Shown here piece by piece: positions 60,801-64,000 of a DNA stretch of 64,000 nt. The stretch comes from Antedon mediterranea (Eukaryota; Animalia; Echinodermata). The position numbers and the translations under genes were made by a program. Under the pieces are notes generated by a model, which was not told the DNA's origin, did not search any database, and saw only the letters and a list, made by a program, of their open reading frames with translations. The stretch lies in assembly GCF_964355755.1 (NCBI RefSeq), contig NC_092674.1:4774001-4838000 (forward strand), written 5' to 3'. Numbering within the stretch: position 1 is the first letter of the stretch; the number at the start of each line of letters is the position of its first letter.

Positions 60801-63239
60801 TTGAGCACCTTGTCTGCCTCATGCTGCTTACGGCCCTGCATTTATACAATAACACTTTCTCCACACATCATAAAAAAAACATCATAAAAAAACATCATAA
60901 TGGTATAAACAAGTTTGATAATGAGTAAAAACATAGTATGTGAAAAAGGAAGCCTAAATAGGTTGTTAGAAAACTTTATGCCTAGGCTACCAGAAATATG
61001 AAATCCTATTCATCTCCATGTCTGTCTTTATTTACAGATTCTACCCTAATGCAACTTGCTGTGCAAACTATGGAAGCAGATCTTTTGCTAGCCCCTGCCA
61101 GAGCATCCATTAATGACAAACCATCACCAAACTCTACCAGCCGAAGCAACAGCTACAGCAGTGTCGTAAGCAGCGGAAGCTCAGACAGTAGCAGTAATAA
61201 TGCTGTATCCTCGTCTGGTAGCAGAAAGAATAAACAAAAGCTGTCTAAGACTCACTCGGCTCCAAACAAGTCACTTTCTGCTTTCACTCCAGTCGGAGAG
61301 AAAGGAAAGCACCCAGGTATGCATAGAATCTAGTACTGTACATCATTTACAGGTTTTTAGAGAATGAAATGGAGCAGATTACTAATGTGCCACTAATCGT
61401 TCTTAAGAGAAAATTCTCCACCCGAACAATCTTCTATTTAGGAGCAAATCTAATTGTTGAAGACTACTGCTCCAATGACTTTAGCTTTTGACGTGGTTAT
61501 GTATACAGTGCAATTCAAAATCTTGGACTTTATATGCTGATGCCCAACCATTATACCATGGTGTAATGTGTTCAAATCTCATTGGATAGCAATGTTTATA
61601 TATCATTTGATTGCAGGTGCCATTGGATCTAAGACTATGCCATCTAGAGGTGACTACAAGATTGGACACTGGGCTATGGATAACCAGTCATCTGGTAGCA
61701 ATAGCCCAAGTAGCCCCAGTATGTTCAGCCTACCATCCGGCTCACCGAACACACCACTCACAAAACCTTCACCACCAACATCTTTTGGAACGACTTCATT
61801 TAAATTTGGAGAAGGTGCGTACAAGTTTTGTTTATTGTGTATTTTATTGGAATTTAAAAGGGCGTCTGAATATCAATTGACATCAGTTTGTCCAACTGGA
61901 AGGGTTACCAACATATAATGATATAAAAGATAAATAAAATTAATATATATAATTAAACCCATTTCCCTTTAAATAGATGATAAACCTCTTAAATTTCATT
62001 TTTTTTTTATAGATTCTAGTTTTGGACCCAATTGGGACGCCAGCAACAATACACCTGCTGTCTCCAAACCACGAAAGAAACGATATGGATCTGGATCGTT
62101 GGAGAACTGGCCAGGCTTTGGTCCTAACACCAGCCCAACATCTAGCAGCCTGTGGCAGCCTAACAGCTACACAGACGCTCAGAATACTACAACCTGGTCA
62201 ACTGGCACCCACTCGCCTGATATCAGCCCATCAAACAATGTAATCAAAAATGCATTAATTAAACTTGTTGGCTGACATGTATCATTGTAAAGCTCTGTCT
62301 ACACTATCAAACTTTATGTGACAAAAAAATGTGGTGTGCCCATATATGGACATGACAATGTCATATCACTACCATATTTAGACATGTCACCACCATATTT
62401 GGGTACACCACACTTTTTTTTGTCAAACAAATGCTAATTTATCTTTGTTTTATCACAATGTATTTCTGTGTTTTCAGAGCTTGTTCAGACAAAACAACAG
62501 CCCATGGAACAATCCATCCGGCGGACGTAACATGGATAGCCGCTGGCAAACTGGAAATCCTCTCCTCTTCCCATCATCCATCTGGTCGAGCACTGTTAAT
62601 GACAGTCCTTTGCTGGATCGTGGTGCTTTGGGAATTGAACAGCCTGATCTACCAGAGCAACAGGTAGGGTATAGAAGTTGGGAAGAGAAACATGTCTGTC
62701 AATCAGTTCTGTTCTATTTTTATTGTCGATGCTATGGATTGACGTCAATCTAAATATTTATAAGGGAAAAACTGACTTATTTATCACACTAATTCTTTTA
62801 TCTTATGGAATCTGCTACCATCTAAAGCTCTGTCTACAATATCAAACTTTATGTAATAAAAAATGTGATGTGCCCATATATGGACAAGATGATGTCATAT
62901 TCCTAACATATTTGGCCACATTATACTTTTTTTGTCAAACTAATTTGATAGTGTAGACAGAGCTTAAGATGACGATAATTTGTTTATTTGTTATTAAAAT
63001 TAAATTGAGTTAAGCAAAAGCATTGACATGGTATGCATACTGAAAGAATAAGTCTGACTCCCTGGACATGCAGAATATATCATATTAAATCAGTACTATC
63101 ATTTTCAATTATTCTTTTTTTTTTTTTAATGTAGACGGCTTCATACAATCCATTCAACTCGTCATTGTTAAGCAACCTATGGTCATATCCACGTACTGGT
63201 TCAAGCTGGGGCTCTGGTAACAAGAAAGAAGACAAGTAA
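9717..63239 (+). CDS. TMEM131: Transmembrane protein 131, complete, 34 coding exons, 5541 nt = about 1846 aa
   Basis: Signal-peptide-like N terminus then AFVQSE; PIGMP...HFHCSFF; PGGNTTFDVVFLAR; VFGVGVPNPYRLRPFLGA; YSSGGDLHLELP; NHTAFIRI; CEGYGF...FTPDF; a TM helix (LYLGTAILMNVFFLGVLMVSYL); a low-complexity Ser/Pro tail ending YNPF...LW. All junctions are GT-AG and phase-compatible. Extra alternative exons in the long introns cannot be excluded. Confidence 0.94.
10715..10779 (+). CDS. TMEM131: TMEM131 exon 2
   Basis: AFVQSEINVNELRQLVEEVSLR|gtaagt. Confidence 0.88.
11884..11894 (+). CDS. TMEM131: TMEM131 exon 3 (11-nt microexon)
   Basis: tttttttgtttcttttgcag|GATGATTCTAG|gtaagt; converts phase 0 to the phase 2 needed by the next exon. 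Confidence 0.78.
13021..13659. repeat. Tandem triplication of an approximately 195-bp unit
   Basis: Units start at 13021, 13215 and 13414. Confidence 0.92.
14610..16460. repeat. Minisatellite, 37-40 bp unit, about 46-47 copies
   Basis: (ACTACAGTATAACCAGTTAACTCTTCCCTGCTATAACTAA)n. Confidence 0.97.
18548..19160. repeat. Degenerate tandem duplication
   Basis: GAACCAGAGAGATACT...TACCCAGATGC occurs twice, starting at about 18548 and 18918. Confidence 0.8.
20800..20876 (+). mobile_element. L2/SINE-type 3' tail remnant; similar at 508-569
   Basis: AGCGCTTAGAGG...GCTATAT followed by an (ATT)n tail. Confidence 0.5.
22963..23183. mobile_element. Degenerate palindromic MITE; relatives at about 42335-42527 and 34960-34995
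   Basis: Inverted ends tatgtccaaattatc / gataatttgtacata and TTACTGCAGTAA motifs. Confidence 0.55.
24310..24523 (-). mobile_element. tRNA-derived SINE; other copies at 6597-6780 (+) and 1-139 (+, 3' part)
   Basis: A-box TAGCTTGGTGG, B-box GAGTTCAATCC, shared body CAGGGTTGTAACTC...CAACTCCA...CCTCAAATGA, A-rich tail. Confidence 0.8.
25481..26640. repeat. Minisatellite, 50-bp unit, about 23 copies
   Basis: (GGACATGGATGAAGATCATGTGTTATGTGGACATGACTACTGTATTATCT)n. Confidence 0.97.
27750..27839 (+). CDS. TMEM131: TMEM131 exon 4
   Basis: SIALKNIG...KVSPQMLDFAQ. Confidence 0.85.
28150..28273 (+). CDS. TMEM131: TMEM131 exon 5
   Basis: PIGMPHVESV...HFHCSFFREK. Confidence 0.93.
28315..28630. repeat. 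17-bp tandem array derived from MITE family B
   Basis: (AATAGAGGTGTCCCCTG)n. Confidence 0.88.
28716..28829 (+). CDS. TMEM131: TMEM131 exon 6
   Basis: EVEPGGNTTFDVVFLAR...GMFPYQ. Confidence 0.94.
32105..32284. mobile_element. pogo/Tc1-type MITE
   Basis: TA|CAGTCAACTCCCC...GGGGAGTTGACTG|TA. Confidence 0.85.
33613..34535. mobile_element. Non-autonomous DNA transposon with 9-bp TSD (AcademH-like)
   Basis: TAG...CTA termini with imperfect TIR; flanking direct repeat CAGGGAGAT at 33604-33612 and 34536-34544. Confidence 0.72.
35631..35753 (+). CDS. TMEM131: TMEM131 exon 7
   Basis: VFGVGVPNPYRLRPFLGA...VLQ. Confidence 0.95.
35935..36040. repeat. 19-bp C-rich tandem repeat, about 5 copies
   Basis: (ATCCCCACCCCCTTTATTT)n. 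Confidence 0.88.
37560..37640 (+). CDS. TMEM131: TMEM131 exon 8
   Basis: VTEIYSSGGDLHLELPTG...NLW. Confidence 0.95.
37670..37811. mobile_element. MITE family A copy
   Basis: Both TIRs, TTA TSD. Confidence 0.9.
37882..39738. mobile_element. Non-autonomous hAT-type element with 5-bp TSD (hAT5-like)
   Basis: Perfect 14-bp TIR CAGGGCTCGATTTA; TSD TGAAT; subterminal GGGCTAG/CTAGCCC repeats. Confidence 0.85.
38806..39531. mobile_element. Nested TGT...ACA element (Ginger/TDD-like MITE)
   Basis: 33-bp TIR TGTTATGCGCGATTTGAACGATTTGCGCAATTT; 13 TTGCGCAA palindromes; near-TSD gagt/cagt. Confidence 0.75.
41776..41929 (+). CDS. TMEM131: TMEM131 exon 9
   Basis: EIPPYQT...NHTAFIRI...LPVEVEVSA. Confidence 0.95.
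42989..43107 (+). CDS. TMEM131: TMEM131 exon 10
   Basis: APGIYSALEMLDFGTLR...VQIV. Confidence 0.94.
43551..43762 (+). CDS. TMEM131: TMEM131 exon 11
   Basis: SISLMRANE...LPYQALVLPG. Confidence 0.92.
46045..46423. repeat. G-rich minisatellite, 42-bp unit, about 9 copies
   Basis: (GGGTAGCATGTGGAGTGGGAGGAAAGGGTGTGTGGTGGGTGG)n. Confidence 0.97.
46741..46891 (+). CDS. TMEM131: TMEM131 exon 12
   Basis: TLGYNKNSTLFH...LTNLFNF...GIFK. Confidence 0.9.
47351..47655. repeat. Minisatellite, 25-bp unit, about 12 copies
   Basis: (TCAACTCATGAAATATTCTCTCCAT)n. Confidence 0.93.
47725..47895 (+). CDS. TMEM131: TMEM131 exon 13
   Basis: IENFND...LSTNASVF...YSGKLK. Confidence 0.9.
48035..48139 (+). CDS. TMEM131: TMEM131 exon 14
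   Basis: YLINGK...NFGSL...INDNPVE. Confidence 0.9.
49581..49709 (+). CDS. TMEM131: TMEM131 exon 15 (alternative in-frame donor at 49700)
   Basis: VVIDYLNG...TDKVYP|gtatgt. Confidence 0.82.
50191..50382 (+). CDS. TMEM131: TMEM131 exon 16
   Basis: VVLPPNHYAVF...EGCL...PSFP. Confidence 0.92.
51093..51248 (+). CDS. TMEM131: TMEM131 exon 17
   Basis: GLVVSQ...DARFY...KAK. Confidence 0.92.
52458..52533 (+). CDS. TMEM131: TMEM131 exon 18
   Basis: IGKIVFD...CGKSCYIGMP. Confidence 0.92.
54489..54606 (+). CDS. TMEM131: TMEM131 exon 19
   Basis: RGVDWKNSL...WLNIYRGNKH; phases 1 and 2 fit. Confidence 0.88.
54752..54936. mobile_element. pogo/Tc1-type MITE, family B; related copies at about 25140-25317, 28315-28645, 43888-44057, 44560-44624
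   Basis: TA|CAGTAAAACCCC...GGGTCTACTG|TA with internal CCTATTAAGGGGACAC / GTGTCCCCTTAATAGAGG repeats. Confidence 0.82.
55127..55262 (+). CDS. TMEM131: TMEM131 exon 20
   Basis: LNTTMNF...AELTWP...FPHTYIGTTS. Confidence 0.92.
55611..55720 (+). CDS. TMEM131: TMEM131 exon 21
   Basis: SIAVNLKNPS...VQVVP...YP. Confidence 0.9.
56060..56126 (+). CDS. TMEM131: TMEM131 exon 22
   Basis: FKYDKIE...IKEK; phases 2 and 0 fit. Confidence 0.85.
56640..56812 (+). CDS. TMEM131: TMEM131 exon 23
   Basis: DSPGRG...VGFRP...SLILIR. Confidence 0.9.
57116..57255 (+). CDS. TMEM131: TMEM131 exon 24
   Basis: NNMTIMD...HLADCN. Confidence 0.93.
57489..57681 (+). CDS. TMEM131: TMEM131 exon 25
   Basis: PNFTV...ECEGYGFRVRQC...IDIA. 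Confidence 0.94.
58026..58370 (+). CDS. TMEM131: TMEM131 exon 26 (includes TM helix)
   Basis: FTPDFSMSRV...CAAAIPRPQWE-hydrophobic helix...FDLR. Confidence 0.95.
58586..59204 (+). CDS. TMEM131: TMEM131 exon 27
   Basis: 619-nt open, low-complexity exon ending DDSSSTTTENSNADSELSDKPKH|gtacgt. Confidence 0.88.
59795..59967 (+). CDS. TMEM131: TMEM131 exon 28
   Basis: YADLDE...GDVCRP. Confidence 0.87.
60274..60548 (+). CDS. TMEM131: TMEM131 exon 29
   Basis: STLELPYTTP...DKDSPPPLWD. Confidence 0.9.
60686..60838. mobile_element. hAT-type MITE with 5-bp TSD
   Basis: CATTT|CAAGGCCGTA...TACGGCCCTG|CATTT. Confidence 0.72.
61038..61316 (+). CDS. TMEM131: TMEM131 exon 30
   Basis: DSTLMQLAVQT...SYSSVVS...KHP. 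Confidence 0.88.
61617..61814 (+). CDS. TMEM131: TMEM131 exon 31
   Basis: GAIGSK...FKFGE. Confidence 0.87.
62013..62239 (+). CDS. TMEM131: TMEM131 exon 32
   Basis: DSSFGPNW...WPGF...SPSNN. Confidence 0.85.
62478..62663 (+). CDS. TMEM131: TMEM131 exon 33
   Basis: SLFRQNN...FPSSIWS...EQQ. Confidence 0.87.
62826..62964. mobile_element. MITE family A copy
   Basis: Both TIRs, TAA TSD. Confidence 0.9.
63135..63239 (+). CDS. TMEM131: TMEM131 terminal exon 34
   Basis: TASYNPFNSSLLSNLWSYP...KEDK*; AATAAA at about 63276, 63315 and 63960. Confidence 0.88.
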   Translation, partial: TASYNPFNSSLLSNLWSYPRTGSSWGSGNKKEDK

Positions 63240-64000
63240 AGTGTCAAATACATAAGCTATCACAACAATAAGATGAATAAACAATTGTAAACAGTAGTGA
63301 AGTTCTTGTTGGAGAATAAAATTTGAATGAATCTGTTAACTTCTGTCTACACTATCAAATTAGTTTGACAAATATGGTAGTGATATGCCAAAATATGGTA
63401 GTGATATGACATACATCATCATGTCCATATCTGGGCACTTTATACTTTTTTTCACATAAAGTTTGATAGACAGAGTTTACTTATTATTTCCTTGGCATTT
63501 TGATATTATAATTATTTAATTGTTAATTTCAGTTAAATTTTTTGTAAATCTCCTCATTCAAATCTATGATTAAATAACCAATTTCTCATAAATTAATTTA
63601 TATTTTTTTAAAATTATTTTTTACTATAAATGATATTCTCATTCGAAGGTAAATTATTGGAAAAAATACAACATTTATGTGGTACTTGTGGTGTCTGTAT
63701 TTCAATTGATATATAAAATATATCAAAATTAAATCAACAATTTTAAAATCAACAGCCAGAGCCGTAATTGTTATTATTTAATTAATCATATAAAAAAATA
63801 AAATAATTATTTTCCATTGTTTTGAATAGTAATGTTACATTATATATCATGTTATTAATTAATATGAGGCTTTTAATTTTTTTTTTCATTTCCAAAAACA
63901 CAAAATGCCACCAGCTGTGGCAACATACAAAAAAGTTTCAGAATATGTATCATTATTTGAATAAAAAGGAGGGTTACTAATTGTATTTTATTGTTTACCA

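Overview
AT-rich, intron-rich animal genomic DNA; an invertebrate, possibly an echinoderm, though that is inference. Three spliced genes were assembled by hand from splice sites and reading-frame phase. (1) The last three coding exons of a glucosamine-6-phosphate deaminase (GNPDA, +, 163-1638). (2) A complete ELMOD2-like gene (-, 8 coding exons, 8192-4123, 299 aa) with a GC-AG intron and a 25-nt exon. (3) A complete TMEM131 gene (+, 34 coding exons, 9717-63239, about 1846 aa), head-to-head with ELMOD2, containing a frame-essential 11-nt microexon. Most ORFs in the supplied track are intron read-through or repeat artefacts. Non-coding DNA is dense in non-autonomous DNA transposons: about 28 copies of one Harbinger-type MITE, pogo/Tc1-type MITEs, hAT-type elements with 5-bp target duplications, an AcademH-like element and a nested TGT-ended element. 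There are also tRNA-derived SINEs and several minisatellites. The most striking signal is a record of transposon excision: 18-54 bp CATGGAGG...CCATG relics with 7-bp target duplications (P-element-type footprints) and many TA-C(A/T)G-TA insertions (Tc1/pogo-type footprints). Several can be checked against empty sites in sister repeat copies inside this window. No new protein-coding system could be supported.
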